51,774 nucleotides of DNA, taken from positions 1 to 51,774 of the forward strand of contig MNUP01000012.1 in NCBI GenBank assembly GCA_001871075.1, given 5' to 3'. Shown in pieces: positions 14,515 to 27,100 of this stretch. The number at the start of each line of letters is the position of its first letter. The first letter of the stretch is position 1. This DNA is from Candidatus Desantisbacteria bacterium CG1_02_49_89. GTDB lineage: Bacteria > Desantisbacteria > UBA1551. The notes under the pieces are model-generated. The model was not told the origin of the DNA. It was given only the letters and a program-made list of their open reading frames with translations, and searched no databases. A program made the position numbers and the translations under genes.

Positions 14515-14883
14515 CTAAACTACTTCCGGAGCCAGGGAAAGTATTTTCAGGAATTTCTTTTCCCTGAGTTCCTGTGTTACGGGCCCGAATATTCTCGTGC
14601 CCCTTGGATTGCCGTCATCGTCTACCAGAACAGCGGCGTTATCGTCGAACTTTACATACGAACCGTCGCTGCGCCTTAATTCTTTCCTGGTCCGGACGAT
14701 GACCGCTTTCACAACCTCGCCTTTTTTGACTGCGGACTCAGGTATAGCTTCCTTTACGGATGCCACAATGATATCCCCTATCCTTCCGTATTTCTTATTG
14801 GAACCGCCAAGCACTCTTATACACTGTATCAGCCTGGCTCCCGAATTGTCGGCAACATCAAGCATTGTTCTGGGTTGAACCAT
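14515..14883 (-). CDS. rplN: 50S ribosomal protein uL14
   Basis: [32 protein letters not shown]. Confidence 0.98.
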   Translation of the reverse strand: MVQPRTMLDVADNSGARLIQCIRVLGGSNKKYGRIGDIIVASVKEAIPESAVKKGEVVKAVIVRTRKELRRSDGSYVKFDDNAAVLVDDDGNPRGTRIFGPVTQELREKKFLKILSLAPEVV

Positions 14884-14898
14884 ATCACTCTCTTTCTT

Positions 14899-15153
14899 TT
14901 ATTTCATTTCCTGCAGGATTTTCAAAAGCCTCCATCTTTTAAGCTTGCTCATCGGGCGTGTCTCCATGACTTCAACCATGTCGCCCACTTTTGAACTCTC
15001 CTGCGGATCATCCACGTATAGCTTTTTCCTGGTCCGCATTACTTTCGAATAAAACGGGTGTCTTTTCAGGCCTTCCCAGAGCACCACCCTGGTCTTTTTC
15101 ATCTTCGCGCTTATGACCTTGCCCCTGAGTATTTTCCTTATGCTCCTGCTCAA
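14899..15153 (-). CDS. rpsQ: 30S ribosomal protein uS17
   Basis: G.VIS.KM.KT, HP.Y.K, GD.V.VMETRPMSK.KRW. Confidence 0.96.
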   Translation of the reverse strand: MSRSIRKILRGKVISAKMKKTRVVLWEGLKRHPFYSKVMRTRKKLYVDDPQESSKVGDMVEVMETRPMSKLKRWRLLKILQEMK

Positions 15154-15356
15154 ATTTTGCGCTCCTTTTCTCTCAGAACGGTATTGATGACAGCGATCTC
15201 ACGGCGAAGTCCCCTCAGCAAGAGTGGATTTTTCCCCAACCCCTCTTTCAACTTGATACGGATCTCAAGGAGCTGCGTCTTAAGCTCCTGTGCCCGCAGT
15301 TTCAATTCTTGAAAATTCAGGTTCCTTAATTCTCTGAGAAAATCCAGTCTTTTCAT
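15150..15356 (-). CDS. rpmC: 50S ribosomal protein uL29
   Basis: Position between rplP and rpsQ; ELR, NP...R.LRREIA.INTV. Confidence 0.92.
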   Translation of the reverse strand: MKRLDFLRELRNLNFQELKLRAQELKTQLLEIRIKLKEGLGKNPLLLRGLRREIAVINTVLREKERKI

Positions 15357-15763
15357 CTCTGTCTCGTTATAAATTTAGTTTTTATGGGAAGCTTGTCCGC
15401 GGCCAGGCCCATAAGCTCCCTCGCGAACTCTTCATCAATTCCGCCCAGCTCGAAAAGAACCCTGCCCGGCTTTATGACTGCCACCCAGTGGTCCGGCGCT
15501 CCCTTGCCTTTGCCCATTCTGGTTTCGGCAGGCTTCTTTGTAACGCATTTATCCGGGAAAATCCTCAGCCAGAGCTTTGCTCCGGTTTTTATTCCCCTTG
15601 AAATAGCGACCCTTGCAGCCTCGATCTGTCTGGCAGTCATCCAGCAGCATTCAAGGGCCTTAAGGCCGTATTCTCCTAAGTTAAGATTCTGTCCCCTCGT
15701 GGCAACACCCGTCATCCTGCCGCGATGGTGTTTACGGAATTTCACTCTTTTGGGCATCAGCAT
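15353..15763 (-). CDS. rplP: 50S ribosomal protein uL16
   Basis: [27 protein letters not shown]. Confidence 0.98.
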   Translation of the reverse strand: MLMPKRVKFRKHHRGRMTGVATRGQNLNLGEYGLKALECCWMTARQIEAARVAISRGIKTGAKLWLRIFPDKCVTKKPAETRMGKGKGAPDHWVAVIKPGRVLFELGGIDEEFARELMGLAADKLPIKTKFITRQR

Positions 15764-16433
15764 TTTTCTGCACCCCTTCTTCAGTCTTCCCGCTCTTCGG
15801 GGAAGGTATTATTTCACCCTTGAATATCCATGCCTTGATGCCTATCTTGCCGTAGGTTGTATGGCTTTCGGCAAAACCGTAGTCAATATCGGCTCTCAGG
15901 GTGTGGAGCGGAATCCTTCCTTCCCTGTACCATTCTGTCCTGGCTATTTCAGATCCGCCGAGTCTTCCTGCGCAGTTTATCTTAACGCCCAGCGCGCCCG
16001 AATGAAGGGCATCTGAAACAGCCTGTTTCATCGCGCGCCGGAAAGCGATTCTCCTCTCAAGCTGCAAAGCTACGTTCTCGGCTACCAGCTGCGCGTCTGT
16101 CTCGGGGCTCTTGACTTCCATTATATTTATGTATACCTGTTTGCCCGTGAGCTTCTGCAGTTCCTCTTTGATCTTTTCTATCTCCGTGCCCTTGCGTCCT
16201 ATGATTATTCCCGGGCGCGCGGTATAAATCAAAACGCTGAGGCGCTGCTGTATAGCCTTTCTTTCGATCTCTATCTTGGAAATTCCCGCGTGATACAGTT
16301 TTTTCTTTATATAGTCCCTTATGCTTTTATCCTCGAGAAGCAAAGATGCGTAGCCCTTCTGGGCAAACCACTTAGAACTCCAGGTTTTAATGATCCCAAG
16401 CCTAAAACCCAAAGGATTGACCTTCTGGCCCAT
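15732..16433 (-). CDS. rpsC: 30S ribosomal protein uS3
   Basis: [36 protein letters not shown]. Confidence 0.98.
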   Translation of the reverse strand: MGQKVNPLGFRLGIIKTWSSKWFAQKGYASLLLEDKSIRDYIKKKLYHAGISKIEIERKAIQQRLSVLIYTARPGIIIGRKGTEIEKIKEELQKLTGKQVYINIMEVKSPETDAQLVAENVALQLERRIAFRRAMKQAVSDALHSGALGVKINCAGRLGGSEIARTEWYREGRIPLHTLRADIDYGFAESHTTYGKIGIKAWIFKGEIIPSPKSGKTEEGVQKNADAQKSEIP

Positions 16434-16771
16434 TATGCTCCTCCCCTCTCGGTTACAGTAACTGTCAAATGAGATGTTTTGTGCCTTACGGGTTTTGCCG
16501 TGCCCCTGGAACCGGCCCTGAACCTTTTAGTTGTCGGCCCCTGGGTTGCATAGATCTCTTTTATGTATAGTTTTGCGGGATTAAGGTTTGAATGTTTTGC
16601 GTTAGCCAGCGCGGAATTAAGCACGCTAAAAACAAGCTTGGATGCCGAAAACGGGGTGAATCTTACAGCATTTATAGATTCATCCAGGCCTTTGCCCCTG
16701 ACAAGGTCTATCACCCTTTTCACCTTGCGATTGCTGGTATTGGCAAATTTTATCTGAGCTTTTATGTCCAC
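16433..16771 (-). CDS. rplV: 50S ribosomal protein uL22
   Basis: RK...[30 protein letters not shown]. Confidence 0.95.
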   Translation of the reverse strand: MDIKAQIKFANTSNRKVKRVIDLVRGKGLDESINAVRFTPFSASKLVFSVLNSALANAKHSNLNPAKLYIKEIYATQGPTTKRFRAGSRGTAKPVRHKTSHLTVTVTERGGA

Positions 16772-16794
16772 CGTAGGTTCCTCTTTTCCTGATG

Positions 16795-17079
16795 TTACGT
16801 AAGGGACGAGCTGCGTTCAGTTGGCGAGCTGTGGCCCTTGAATGTCCTTGTGGGCGAAAATTCACCGAGTTTATGGCCTATCATGCTTTCAGTGATAAAA
16901 ACGGGAATAAAATTTCTCCCATTATGGACCATGAACGTATGGCCCACCATTTCAGGAGAAATGGTGGAACGCCTGGACCAGGTTTTTATGGGCTTTTTCT
17001 CTCCGCCTTCATTCATAAGCTCGATTTTCTCCATCAGTCTGGGATCAATATAAGGACCTTTTTTCAGCGATCTTCCCAT
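16795..17079 (-). CDS. rpsS: 30S ribosomal protein uS19
   Basis: [29 protein letters not shown]. Confidence 0.98.
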   Translation of the reverse strand: MGRSLKKGPYIDPRLMEKIELMNEGGEKKPIKTWSRRSTISPEMVGHTFMVHNGRNFIPVFITESMIGHKLGEFSPTRTFKGHSSPTERSSSLT

Positions 17080-17109
17080 TTATTAGCGCCTCCGTATCGC
17101 AGACAATAA

Positions 17110-17925
17110 CTACTTTCTATGCTGTATGATCCATCTTTCGGTTGATTTTCTTCGCCTTGTTTTATAACCTTTGCTCAGTTGCCCCCACGGGCTGACAGGA
17201 TGCCTGCCGCCTTTGGATTTACCCCTTCCGCCGCCATGGGGGTGATCAACCTTATTCATAGCTACTCCCCTGACAGTCGGCCTGATACCAAGCCATCTGG
17301 TGCGGCCGGCTTTCCCTGACATCACGTTTTCATGATCGATGTTGCCGACCTGGCCGACTGTGGCCATACAGTCCTGATGGACAAGCCTGATTTCCCCTGA
17401 AGGAAGCCTTAGGTTGGCATATTCTCCCTCTTTTGCCATTATCTGCGCGTAACTGCCGGCTGAACGGGCAAGCTGCCCGCCTTTACCGGATTTCAGTTCC
17501 ACATTGTGAACGAAAGTCCCAAGCGGGATATTTCTAATGGAAAGGGCGTTCCCGGTCTTGATCTCCGCTTTTTCACCGCTCATCAGCATAGACCCTATGG
17601 ACAACCCTGATGGCAGCAGAATATACCTTTTTTCACCGTCCGCATATTGCAACAGCGCGATGCGCGAAGAACGGCCGGGGTCATACTCAAAAGCAATCAC
17701 CCTTGCCGGTATGCCCTTCTTGTCCCTTTTGAAATCTATTATGCGGTAAAGCCTTTTATGCCCGCTTCCACGGTGCCTTACGCTTATATGACCCAGCGCG
17801 TCCCTGCAGCTTCTGCCGCCCATAAACATGAGCAATGACTTTTCGGGTTTCTTGGGCGTAAGATTCTCGAATGTTTCGATGGTCATCATTCTTGTACCGG
17901 GAGTATTTGGTTTAAATTTTTTCAT
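17110..17925 (-). CDS. rplB: 50S ribosomal protein uL2
   Basis: [35 protein letters not shown]. Confidence 0.98.
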   Translation of the reverse strand: MKKFKPNTPGTRMMTIETFENLTPKKPEKSLLMFMGGRSCRDALGHISVRHRGSGHKRLYRIIDFKRDKKGIPARVIAFEYDPGRSSRIALLQYADGEKRYILLPSGLSIGSMLMSGEKAEIKTGNALSIRNIPLGTFVHNVELKSGKGGQLARSAGSYAQIMAKEGEYANLRLPSGEIRLVHQDCMATVGQVGNIDHENVMSGKAGRTRWLGIRPTVRGVAMNKVDHPHGGGRGKSKGGRHPVSPWGQLSKGYKTRRRKSTERWIIQHRK

Positions 17926-17937
17926 CTGCCTTTATCC

Positions 17938-18219
17938 TTACTCCAGCGTTTCGATCCTGTCGCCTACGCGCAGCTGCACCATTGCTTTCTTCCAGTCCGG
18001 TTTGTTACCGAGTTGCCAGCGGACCCTTTTCTTTTTTCCGTGAGTTATGGACGTATTGATCTTTATCGTTTTTACCTTGAACATCGTTTCCACAGCGTTC
18101 TTAATGTCAACTTTGTTTGCCTTGATATCAACCTCAAAAACATACCTGTTGTTTTTCTGCTTCAACTCGGATGTCTTTTCCGTGGTTATAGCTCTCTTGA
18201 TCACTGACCTTGGATCCAT
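17938..18219 (-). CDS. rplW: 50S ribosomal protein uL23
   Basis: TEKT, Y.FEV...ANK..IK.AVE..F.VK, WKKA.V.L. Confidence 0.96.
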   Translation of the reverse strand: MDPRSVIKRAITTEKTSELKQKNNRYVFEVDIKANKVDIKNAVETMFKVKTIKINTSITHGKKKRVRWQLGNKPDWKKAMVQLRVGDRIETLE

Positions 18220-18227
18220 TTTATCTC

Positions 18228-18845
18228 CTAATCCGACATCCTCGCATTCAGAACAGACAGCGCCTCTTTTGTTATCAGGACCTTCTCGCAGTTCAATACG
18301 TCATAAGTATTAACGCTTCCGGGGTCGGCAACTATTATATTGGGAATATTGCGCCCGGCAATTACCGCGTTTTTGTCCTTTGTTACAAGCAGGGCTTTCT
18401 TAAATACAAACTTTTTAAATATAGCGAGCAGTTCTTTTGTCTTTGGCTGGCTGATATTCATATTGTCAACAACCGCCATCATACCTTTAGAGACCTTTGC
18501 CGATAAAGCACCCTTAAGCGCGAGCCTTTTTACCTTGTTCGGCACATTATAAGAATAATCCCTTGGTTTTGGGCCGAATATGACGCTCCCGCCCCTCCAC
18601 AGCGGCGAACGTATGGTTCCTGCCCTTGCCCTTCCTGTTCCCTTCTGCCGCCAGGGTTTCCTGCCGCCTCCCCTGACTTCCGACCGGGATTTCGATGAAC
18701 TTGTGCCCATTCTTCTGTTGGCAAGATGATTTACCGCCACAGAATACATGATGCCGCGGTCAACTTTCTTGCAGTATATATCCTCGGGAACGGCGATTTT
18801 CTCTATTTCCTTTCCTTCAATATCAAATACCGGGATTTCCTTCAT
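18228..18845 (-). CDS. rplD: 50S ribosomal protein uL4
   Basis: RSEVRGGGRKPWRQKGTGRARAG.IRSP.WRGG..IFGPKPR. Confidence 0.97.
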   Translation of the reverse strand: MKEIPVFDIEGKEIEKIAVPEDIYCKKVDRGIMYSVAVNHLANRRMGTSSSKSRSEVRGGGRKPWRQKGTGRARAGTIRSPLWRGGSVIFGPKPRDYSYNVPNKVKRLALKGALSAKVSKGMMAVVDNMNISQPKTKELLAIFKKFVFKKALLVTKDKNAVIAGRNIPNIIVADPGSVNTYDVLNCEKVLITKEALSVLNARMSD

Positions 18846-19477
18846 TTTCCTGCCTTTTTCTTGATCGCTTTCCTTATTATAAGATAGCCTCCATTAAAAC
18901 CTGTAACAGCTCCCCTGATAACAAGAAGATTTCTATCCTTGTCTACCTTGATCACTTTTAAGCTCTGGGTTGTGACCCTTTCATTGCCCATACGGCCTGG
19001 CAGGGTCTTGCCTTTAAAAACCCTTCCAGGGGTTGCGCGGTTCCCTATTGAACCCACTCTCCTGTGGGACATGGACCCGTGCGATGCCGGTCCGCCTTTC
19101 CAGCCATGGCGTTTCATGCCGCCCGCAAAACCCTTGCCTTTGGAAGTACCCGTTATATCGACGAAATCGCCTTCTTTGAAGATCTCTACCGTGACGGTAT
19201 TGCCCGGGACCTGTTCAGTGGCCCCGCGTATCTCCCTTATAAACCTCAGGGGTTTTGCATTTACTTTTTTCAGGTATTCGCCCAGCGGTTTGTTCAGCAA
19301 TCGTTCAGGCATGCTTTCAAAACCAAGCTGGACAGATTCATATCCGTCTTTTTCTTTGGTTTTCTGAGCAAGGACCGTGCACGGCCCAGCCTGCACCAGA
19401 GTCACGGGCACAGTATTGTTTTTTTCGTCAAAAACCTGTGACATCCCCAATTTTTTTCCAAGAATGCCTTCTAGCAT
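18842..19477 (-). CDS. rplC: 50S ribosomal protein uL3
   Basis: [34 protein letters not shown]. Confidence 0.97.
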   Translation of the reverse strand: MLEGILGKKLGMSQVFDEKNNTVPVTLVQAGPCTVLAQKTKEKDGYESVQLGFESMPERLLNKPLGEYLKKVNAKPLRFIREIRGATEQVPGNTVTVEIFKEGDFVDITGTSKGKGFAGGMKRHGWKGGPASHGSMSHRRVGSIGNRATPGRVFKGKTLPGRMGNERVTTQSLKVIKVDKDRNLLVIRGAVTGFNGGYLIIRKAIKKKAGK

Positions 19478-19539
19478 ACAGTCCTCTGCCGGGTAACTGC
19501 GGCGGTCAGCGCACCTGACCGCAGGCCCGATCCCGAAAT

Positions 19540-19851
19540 TTATGTCTTTATCTGGACTTCGACGCCCGCAGGAAGGTCCAGGCTCATAAGGGCTTCTATT
19601 GTCTGTTGTGTCGGCGAAAGGATGTCTATCAGCCTTTTATGGACCTGCATCTCGAACTGTTCTCTCGAATTCTTGTCTATATTCGGCGATCTCAGTATCG
19701 TGTACCTGCTCTTCCTCGTGGGAAGCGGCACGGGTCCGGATACCAGGGCCCCGGTACTTTTGGCTATCTGGACTATTTCCCTTGCCGAACGGTCAAGGAT
19801 GCCGTGGTCGTAAGCCTTTAACCTTATCCTTATTTTACCTTCGTCAGCCAT
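19540..19851 (-). CDS. rpsJ: 30S ribosomal protein uS10
   Basis: [31 protein letters not shown]. Confidence 0.98.
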   Translation of the reverse strand: MADEGKIRIRLKAYDHGILDRSAREIVQIAKSTGALVSGPVPLPTRKSRYTILRSPNIDKNSREQFEMQVHKRLIDILSPTQQTIEALMSLDLPAGVEVQIKT

Positions 19852-19881
19852 TTTTCATTTTCTCCGGAACTTCGATTTGTA

Positions 19882-21081
19882 TTACTCTATTATCTGGGTT
19901 ACTGCGCCCGCGCCTATCGTATGACCGCCCTCGCGTATTGCAAATCTCTGACCAACCTCCATGGCAACAGGTGTTCCCAGCTCGACGTCAATGGACGTGT
20001 TGTCTCCCGGCATAACCATCTCAACCCCTTCTTTCAGCTTTACGCTGCCGGTTACATCCGCGGTGCGCATATAGAACTGGGGCTTATAACCTGTGAAGAA
20101 AGGAGTGTGCCTGCCGCCCTCTTCCTTCGTAAGAACAAAAACTTCCGCCTTGAATTTCTTGTGCGGGGTAATCGTTCCCGGCTTCGCAATAACCTGCCCT
20201 CTCTGAACCTGGTCTTTGTCAATGCCCCTTAAAAGGATCCCTACGTTATCGCCAGCCTCTGCCTCGTCAAGGAGTTTCCTGAACATTTCCAGCCCTGTGA
20301 CAACGCTTTTCTTAGGCTCGGTTATGCCCACTATTTCTATTTCTTCGCCGACCTTTATCTTCCCTCTTTCAACCCTCCCTGTGGCAACGGTTCCTCTTCC
20401 GGTTATGCTGAACACGTCTTCAACAGCCATAAGGAAAGGTTTATCTATTTCGCGTTTGGGGAGCGGGATATACTCGTCAACCGAATCCATGAGCTGCAGG
20501 ATGGGCCCGCACTTCGGGCATTCCTTTTTCCCGCAGCCGCATTCCAGGCACTGCAGAGCCGACCCCTTGATCATCGGTATCTGGTCTCCGGGGAAATTAT
20601 ATTCCGAAAGGATCTCCTTCAGCTCAAGCTTTACCAGATCGATAAGCTCTTTGTCGTCCACCATGTCGCACTTATTAAGGAACACAACAATATAGGGAAC
20701 GCCGACCTGCCTTGCCAGAAGGATATGCTCCCTTGTCTGAGGCATAGGCCCGTCCGCCGCCGATACAACCAGTATCGCGCCGTCCATCTGCGCAGCTCCG
20801 GTTATCATGTTTTTTATGTAATCAGCATGCCCCGGGCAGTCTATGTGAGCATAATGCCTCTTGGCTGTTTCATATTCGGCATGATATATCGCTATCGTTA
20901 TGCCTCTTTCCTTTTCCTCGGGCGCATTATCGATCTCGTCGACCTTTTTTGCCGTAGCCAGCCCCTGTTTTGAAAGCACGCCTGTAATGGCGGCAGTCAG
21001 GGTTGTTTTCCCGTGGTCCACGTGACCGATTGTACCCACGTTTACGTGGGGCTTCTTCCTCTCAAACTTTTCCTTTGCCAT
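19882..21081 (-). CDS. tuf: Elongation factor Tu
   Basis: [36 protein letters not shown]. Confidence 0.98.
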   Translation of the reverse strand: MAKEKFERKKPHVNVGTIGHVDHGKTTLTAAITGVLSKQGLATAKKVDEIDNAPEEKERGITIAIYHAEYETAKRHYAHIDCPGHADYIKNMITGAAQMDGAILVVSAADGPMPQTREHILLARQVGVPYIVVFLNKCDMVDDKELIDLVKLELKEILSEYNFPGDQIPMIKGSALQCLECGCGKKECPKCGPILQLMDSVDEYIPLPKREIDKPFLMAVEDVFSITGRGTVATGRVERGKIKVGEEIEIVGITEPKKSVVTGLEMFRKLLDEAEAGDNVGILLRGIDKDQVQRGQVIAKPGTITPHKKFKAEVFVLTKEEGGRHTPFFTGYKPQFYMRTADVTGSVKLKEGVEMVMPGDNTSIDVELGTPVAMEVGQRFAIREGGHTIGAGAVTQIIE

Positions 21082-21123
21082 AAACCCTCCTTGAATGTGA
21101 TTTTTTAGAATTCCTGTCCCGGT

Positions 21124-23202
21124 CTATTTCCCTTTGCTTTTTGCCACTATAGCCTGGGTAATGGACTCGGGCACCTCTGAATATTTCAGAGGCTCCAGTG
21201 AAAAAATACCGCGGCCTTTTGTAAGCGACCTGAGCGCTGTCGCGTAGCCGAACATGTCGGCAAGAGGCACAAATCCGTTTATTATCTGCATATTCAGCTT
21301 TTTATTCATATCCGTAAGCGAAGCTCTCCTTGAATTAAGGTCACCTATGACATCGCCCATATATTCCTCCGGAATGATCACCTGCAACTTCATTATGGGT
21401 TCGAGCAGGACAGGCAGACTTTTCCTCATTCCTTCCCTGAACGCCATCGCGGCTGCGATTTTAAAAGCAATTTCCGAGGAATCAACATCATGGTAAGATC
21501 CGTCAAATAAAGCAACTGATATGTCAACAACCGGATAACCGGCAAGTATCCCGGATTCCAAAGCTTCCTTTATTCCTTTCTCGACTGCGGGTATGTATTC
21601 CCTTGGTATCGAGCCGCCCTTGATCTCATCCACGAATTCGAAGCCTTCTCCCCTTTTTCTTGGGTATACCTTGATCCAGACGTGCCCGTATTGGCCCCTG
21701 CCGCCTGACTGCCTTATGAATTTGCCTTCTGCCTCAGACTCTTTTTTAACTGTTTCTTTGTAAGCCACCTCAGGCTTTCCCACAGTGCCTTCAACCTTGA
21801 ACTCGCGCAGCATCCTGTCCACGAGAACCTCAAGGTGCAGCTCGCCCATGCCTGAAATTATGGTCTGCCCGGTCTCTTTGTTTGAACTCACCACAAACGT
21901 AGGGTCCTCGCTGGAAAGCTTGTTGAGCGCCATGCCCATTTTTTCCTGGTCAGCCTTGGTTTTTGGCTCTATGGCAACAGAAATGACGGGCAGGGGGAAA
22001 GCCATAGTTTCCAGGATTATGGGATGCTCTTCGCTGCACAGGGTATCCCCGGTAAATGTGTTTTTAAGACCCACGGCGGCGCCGATCTCTCCCGCGTTGA
22101 GAGTTTCTATATCTTCTTTCTTATTAGCATGCATTTCAAGCAGCCTGCCTATCCTTTCTCTTGTCTGCCTTGATATATTGTAAACATATGAGCCGCTTTT
22201 TAACATTCCCGAGTAACACCTTACGTAAGTAAGCCTTCCCACAAAGGGATCGGACATTATTTTAAATGCCAGGCATGAAAGCGGTTCATCATCGCTGGGT
22301 TTCCTGATCTCTTCTTCATCCTTTTCGTTTTTGCCGCTTACTGGAGGGATGTCCAGCGGTGAAGGAAGGTAATCTACGATCGCGTCCAGCAGCGGCTGCA
22401 CACCCTTATTCCTGACGGAAGCCCCGCAGAACACAGGCACCAAAGCCCCGCTGATCACCGCATGCCTTATTCCTTTTTTAAATTCCTCAGCGGGTATCTC
22501 ATGCCCTCCGAGGTATTTGTCTGCAAGCTCGTCGGTGAACCCTGCCACGGATTCCACCATCTGGCTGCGGTATTTTTTTGCGTCTTCCAGCAGTTCTTCT
22601 GGTATCTCCTGCTCCTCAAAAGTGGCTCCGAGATCTTCCGCGTGCCAGATAATCGCCTTCATTTTAATAAGGTCCACTACTCCTTTGAACGTGTCTTCCG
22701 CGCCGATAGGCAGCTGCACGGGGATCGCGTTGGCCCCAAGCTGATCTCTCATTTCCTTTACTGCCTTGTGAAAATCCGCACCTATGCGGTCCATTTTGTT
22801 GATATAGGCGATCCTGGGTATGTCGTAGCGGTCTGACTGCCGCCAGACTGTTTCAGACTGCGGTTCCACGCCTCCAACAGCGCAGAACACTCCCACAACG
22901 CCGTCCAGCACCCTTAAAGACCGCTCAACCTCCGCGGTAAAATCCACGTGCCCCGGAGTGTCTATTATATTGATCTGGCAGTCCCTCCAGTAGGAAGTTG
23001 TGGCCGCGCTGGTAATTGTTATCCCGCGTTCCCTTTCCTGCGCCATCCAGTCCATCTGGGTGGTACCGTCGTCTATATCCCCGATCTTGTAGATCTTTCC
23101 GGTATAATACAGGATCCTTTCGGTCGTGGTAGTTTTACCGGCGTCGATATGGGCTACGATCCCGATATTCCTGAATTTCTCTAAAGGTATTCTTCTGGCC
23201 AT
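21124..23202 (-). CDS. fusA: Elongation factor G
   Basis: [40 protein letters not shown]. Confidence 0.98.
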   Translation of the reverse strand: MARRIPLEKFRNIGIVAHIDAGKTTTTERILYYTGKIYKIGDIDDGTTQMDWMAQERERGITITSAATTSYWRDCQINIIDTPGHVDFTAEVERSLRVLDGVVGVFCAVGGVEPQSETVWRQSDRYDIPRIAYINKMDRIGADFHKAVKEMRDQLGANAIPVQLPIGAEDTFKGVVDLIKMKAIIWHAEDLGATFEEQEIPEELLEDAKKYRSQMVESVAGFTDELADKYLGGHEIPAEEFKKGIRHAVISGALVPVFCGASVRNKGVQPLLDAIVDYLPSPLDIPPVSGKNEKDEEEIRKPSDDEPLSCLAFKIMSDPFVGRLTYVRCYSGMLKSGSYVYNISRQTRERIGRLLEMHANKKEDIETLNAGEIGAAVGLKNTFTGDTLCSEEHPIILETMAFPLPVISVAIEPKTKADQEKMGMALNKLSSEDPTFVVSSNKETGQTIISGMGELHLEVLVDRMLREFKVEGTVGKPEVAYKETVKKESEAEGKFIRQSGGRGQYGHVWIKVYPRKRGEGFEFVDEIKGGSIPREYIPAVEKGIKEALESGILAGYPVVDISVALFDGSYHDVDSSEIAFKIAAAMAFREGMRKSLPVLLEPIMKLQVIIPEEYMGDVIGDLNSRRASLTDMNKKLNMQIINGFVPLADMFGYATALRSLTKGRGIFSLEPLKYSEVPESITQAIVAKSKGK

Positions 23203-23275
23203 TTTATTTACCCGATCTCGACACTGATTGTCACTGTTTTATCCTTTTTCTGTGCAAATCTGCATCTAATATTAT

Positions 23276-23746
23276 TTACCAGCGATAGTGTGCAAATGCC
23301 CTGTTGGCGTCAGCCATCTTGTGCGTGTCTTCCCTCTTTTTGACAGCGGCTCCCTTGTTATTGGAAGCGTCCAGGAGTTCTTCGGCAAGTCCTGCAGCCA
23401 TAGGCTTTCCCTTTTTCTGCTTTGCCGCTGTTATTATCCATCTTATCGCCAGGCTCATTCCTCTTGATTCATTTACTTCAATGGGAACCTGGTAGGTTGC
23501 GCCTCCCACCCGCCTGGGTTTTACCTCAAGCATGGGCTTTGTGTTTGCTATGGCTTTTCTGAACGACTCTTCCGGCGGCTTGCCGGTTTTCTGCTTGATT
23601 ATTTCAAGGCTTTTGTAAAAGATCTTCTGTGCCAACCCCTTCTTGCCCTGCTTCATAAGCATGTTTATGAACTTGCCTATCAATATATCGCCGTATACGG
23701 GATCGGCCTCATATTTCCTTTTGAAAAAAACTCTCCTTCTAGGCAT
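23276..23746 (-). CDS. rpsG: 30S ribosomal protein uS7
   Basis: [26 protein letters not shown]. Confidence 0.98.
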   Translation of the reverse strand: MPRRRVFFKRKYEADPVYGDILIGKFINMLMKQGKKGLAQKIFYKSLEIIKQKTGKPPEESFRKAIANTKPMLEVKPRRVGGATYQVPIEVNESRGMSLAIRWIITAAKQKKGKPMAAGLAEELLDASNNKGAAVKKREDTHKMADANRAFAHYRW

Positions 23747-23749
23747 TTT

Positions 23750-24130
23750 TTATTCCTTTTGTTTCGGAGTCTTTGCGCCGTAAAGTGAGCGCCCCTGTTT
23801 TCTGTCCTGTACCCCGGCAGTATCATATACTCCCCTGACGATGTGATACCTTACTCCGGGCAGATCCTTCACGCGCCCGCCGCGGATCAATACTATCGAG
23901 TGTTCCTGGAGGTTGTGGCCTACCCCGGGTATGTAAGCCATTACCTCTTCTCCGTTTACAAGCCTTACCCTTGCTACTTTCCTTAGGGCCGAATTAGGTT
24001 TTTTCGGTGTGACGGTCTTGACAACCAGGCAAACACCCCTTTTAAAAGGAGAAGAATGCAAAGCCGGAGTTTTAGACTGCTTTCTGTAATCCTTTCTGCA
24101 CCCTCTTATCAACTGGTTCACTGTAGGCAT
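23750..24130 (-). CDS. rpsL: 30S ribosomal protein uS12
   Basis: [30 protein letters not shown]. Confidence 0.98.
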   Translation of the reverse strand: MPTVNQLIRGCRKDYRKQSKTPALHSSPFKRGVCLVVKTVTPKKPNSALRKVARVRLVNGEEVMAYIPGVGHNLQEHSIVLIRGGRVKDLPGVRYHIVRGVYDTAGVQDRKQGRSLYGAKTPKQKE

Positions 24131-24139
24131 ATTTCCACC

Positions 24140-27100
24140 TTAATCTTCCTTTTTTTCTTCCGGTCCGGCAGTCTTTACAGGCTGTGATACTTCCATCTGG
24201 ACGTTTCTGTAGATCGGCAATCCGGTGCCTGCGGGAATCAGCCTTCCTATTATAACGTTTTCCTTCAGACCAAGCAGTTCATCATACCTGCCGTTTATTG
24301 CCGCTTCTGTAAGAATATGGGTTGTCTCCTGGAAAGAAGCCGCTGCTATGAAGCTGTCGCTGTTAAGAGCCGCTTTTGTGATACCGAGCAGAATAGGCCT
24401 GCCCTGAGCCGGCTTGCCTCCCTTGCTTACCACTCTTTCATTCTCATGCATGAACCTGAACTTGTCGATCTGCTCACCTGAAAGGAACCTGGTGTCCCCG
24501 GGATCGGTCACTTCCACGCGCCTGAGCATCTGCCTGACTATTATTTCAATATGCTTGTCGTTTATGTCAACCCCCTGCAGCCTGTAAACAGCCTGGATTT
24601 CGTTCACCAGGTATTCCTGCAGCGCCCTTTCTCCTTTTACTGCAAGTATGTCATGGGGATCAACCGAGCCGCTGGTAAGCGGTTCACCGACAATGACTTC
24701 GTCACCATCCCGGGCCTTAAGGTGCTTGCCCTCCGGGATCGAATATTCCCTTGTGCCGCGCTCTCCTTTTATCACAACTTTCCTTGTGCCGCGCATAAAC
24801 GGGGAAAATTCCACTTTTCCGTCCACTTCGCTTATTATGGCTTTATCGCGGACATGCCTTGCCTCGAACAGCTCCTCAACCCTGGGAAGGCCTCCTGTGA
24901 TATCCTTGGTTTTAATGCTCTGGTGGGGTATCTTGACCAGTATTTCTCCGGCAGACACCCTGCGGCCGTCCACTACAACCAGGTGCGCCCCCACAGGGAT
25001 CGAATACGTTATCTCCTTTTCCTTATTCTTAACCACTATCCTGGGATGTTTCCCCTCTTTATGCTCTATGACCACTCTTTCAAGAAGCCCGGTTGTTTTA
25101 TCCGTTTCTTCCCTGACCGTTTCGCCCTTGATCAAATCATATTCCTTGATATCGCCTGAAATTTCTGTGAGGATAGGTTCGTTGTATGGGTCAAACTCGG
25201 CAAGGGACTTATTGGGTTCCACTACATCACCCGGATTTACCTTGATTTCTGCGCCGGCCTGGATCGGAAGAGGATATTCCTCGCCGGTTATGAAAATATT
25301 ATGGTTTTTTTCGTCTATCTTTACTATTCCCGTCACTTCGCTGGCAATCGACTCACTGCCATGCTGGGCAAGCCTTTCCCCCGCGGTAACCCACAACCCG
25401 TCAAAAACCGCGGTTTTTGCTTTCAGTGGTATTTTGTGCGTTTTTAATATCCTTCTTACGACAATTTCTCCGTGGCGGTTGGCAACAATGATTCCATCTT
25501 TTTCTCTCGTGATCAAATTCTTGGGAACCTCGACAACCTCGACTTTAAATTTCAGCCTGATATCCTTTTCTTCAACTGCTGCATATGCGGTTCCGCCGAT
25601 ATGGAAAGTTCTCAGGGTAAGCTGGGTGCCCGGCTCACCTATGCTTTCCGCGGCAATAACTCCCGCGGCCTCTCCCAGGTTAACAAGTTTTCCGGTCGCA
25701 AGATCCCTGCCGTAGCACTTCCTGCAGACCCCTCTTTCCGCCTCGCAGGTCAGCACTGTGCGGATCCTTACTTTTTCTATTCCGGCTCTTTCTATGCGCA
25801 GCGCGTCATCCTCGGTAATTTCCTGGTTATCCTTCACTATGACTTCGCCTGAAAGGGGATCAAGAATATCCCCAAGCGCTACCCTTCCCAGGATCCTGTC
25901 AGCAAGCAATTCTATGGTTTCCCCGCCCTCTTTGAGCACCGATACGTTTATTCCGTTAACTGTACCGCAGTCCTCCTCGCTGACAATGACATCGTGGGAT
26001 ACGTCCACAAGCCTGCGCGTCAGGTATCCGGCATCCGCGGTTTTCAATGCGGTATCGGCAAGGCCCTTCCTCCCCCCGTGAGTGGATATGAAATATTCCA
26101 GCACGTTCAGGCCTTCCCTGAAATTAGTGGTGATCGGAAGCTCTATTATTTCTCCTGAAGGCTTGGTCATCAGCCCGCGCATGCCGGCAAGCTGCCTGAT
26201 CTGCTGCTCGCTCCCCCTTGCCCCGGAATCAAACATGAGGTAAAGCGGGTTGAACCCTTTCTGGTCTTCTTTCATATTGGCAAGCATAGCGTCGGTCAGT
26301 TTGTTGGTTGCCCTGGTCCAGATGTCAATAACGCGGTTATACCTTTCGCCGTCTGTTATGAGGCCGCGCCTGTATTGCGCGAAAACCTTGTCCTCTTCCT
26401 CCTGGGCTTCTTTTATTATGGCTGGTTTTTCTTTGGGCACCTTGATGTCCAGAATGCCTATGGAAAGCCCGGACTTTGTCGCAAATTCAAAACCAAGATC
26501 TTTTATTTTGTCAAGCAGTTCGACTGCTAAAGAACTCCCGTATTTTTTGTGGCAGTCCAGTATCAAACTGCTGACAGCCTTTTTATTCAGGGTTTTATTG
26601 ACAAATACAAGGTCCTCGGGCAGGATATCATTGAAAATGACCCTTCCGACAGTCGTGCCTATGATCTTTTTTTCTCCTTTTCCCAGAGAAAGCTGCAGTC
26701 TTATAGAGGCGTGCAGGCCCATGATCCCCAGGGAATAGGCAGTGATGACCTCATCGGCGTTGGCGAAATATTTGCCCTCGCCCTTTTCGCCGTTGCTTTC
26801 CTTGGTAAGATAATGGCAGCCTATGACTATGTCCTGGCTTGGCGTTGCGATAGGCCTTCCGTTTGCCGGGGAAAGAAGGTTGTTCGAAGAAAGCATCAGG
26901 AACCTTGCTTCCAGCTGAGATTCTATGGAAAGCGGCACGTGCACAGCCATCTGGTCGCCGTCAAAATCAGCGTTGAATCCCACGCAGACAAGGGGGTGGA
27001 GCTGTATAGCCTTGCTTTCAACAAGCAGGGGCATAAACGCCTGTATGCCCAGCCTGTGAAGCGTGGGTGCCCTGTTAAGAAGAATGGGGTGGTCCTTTAC

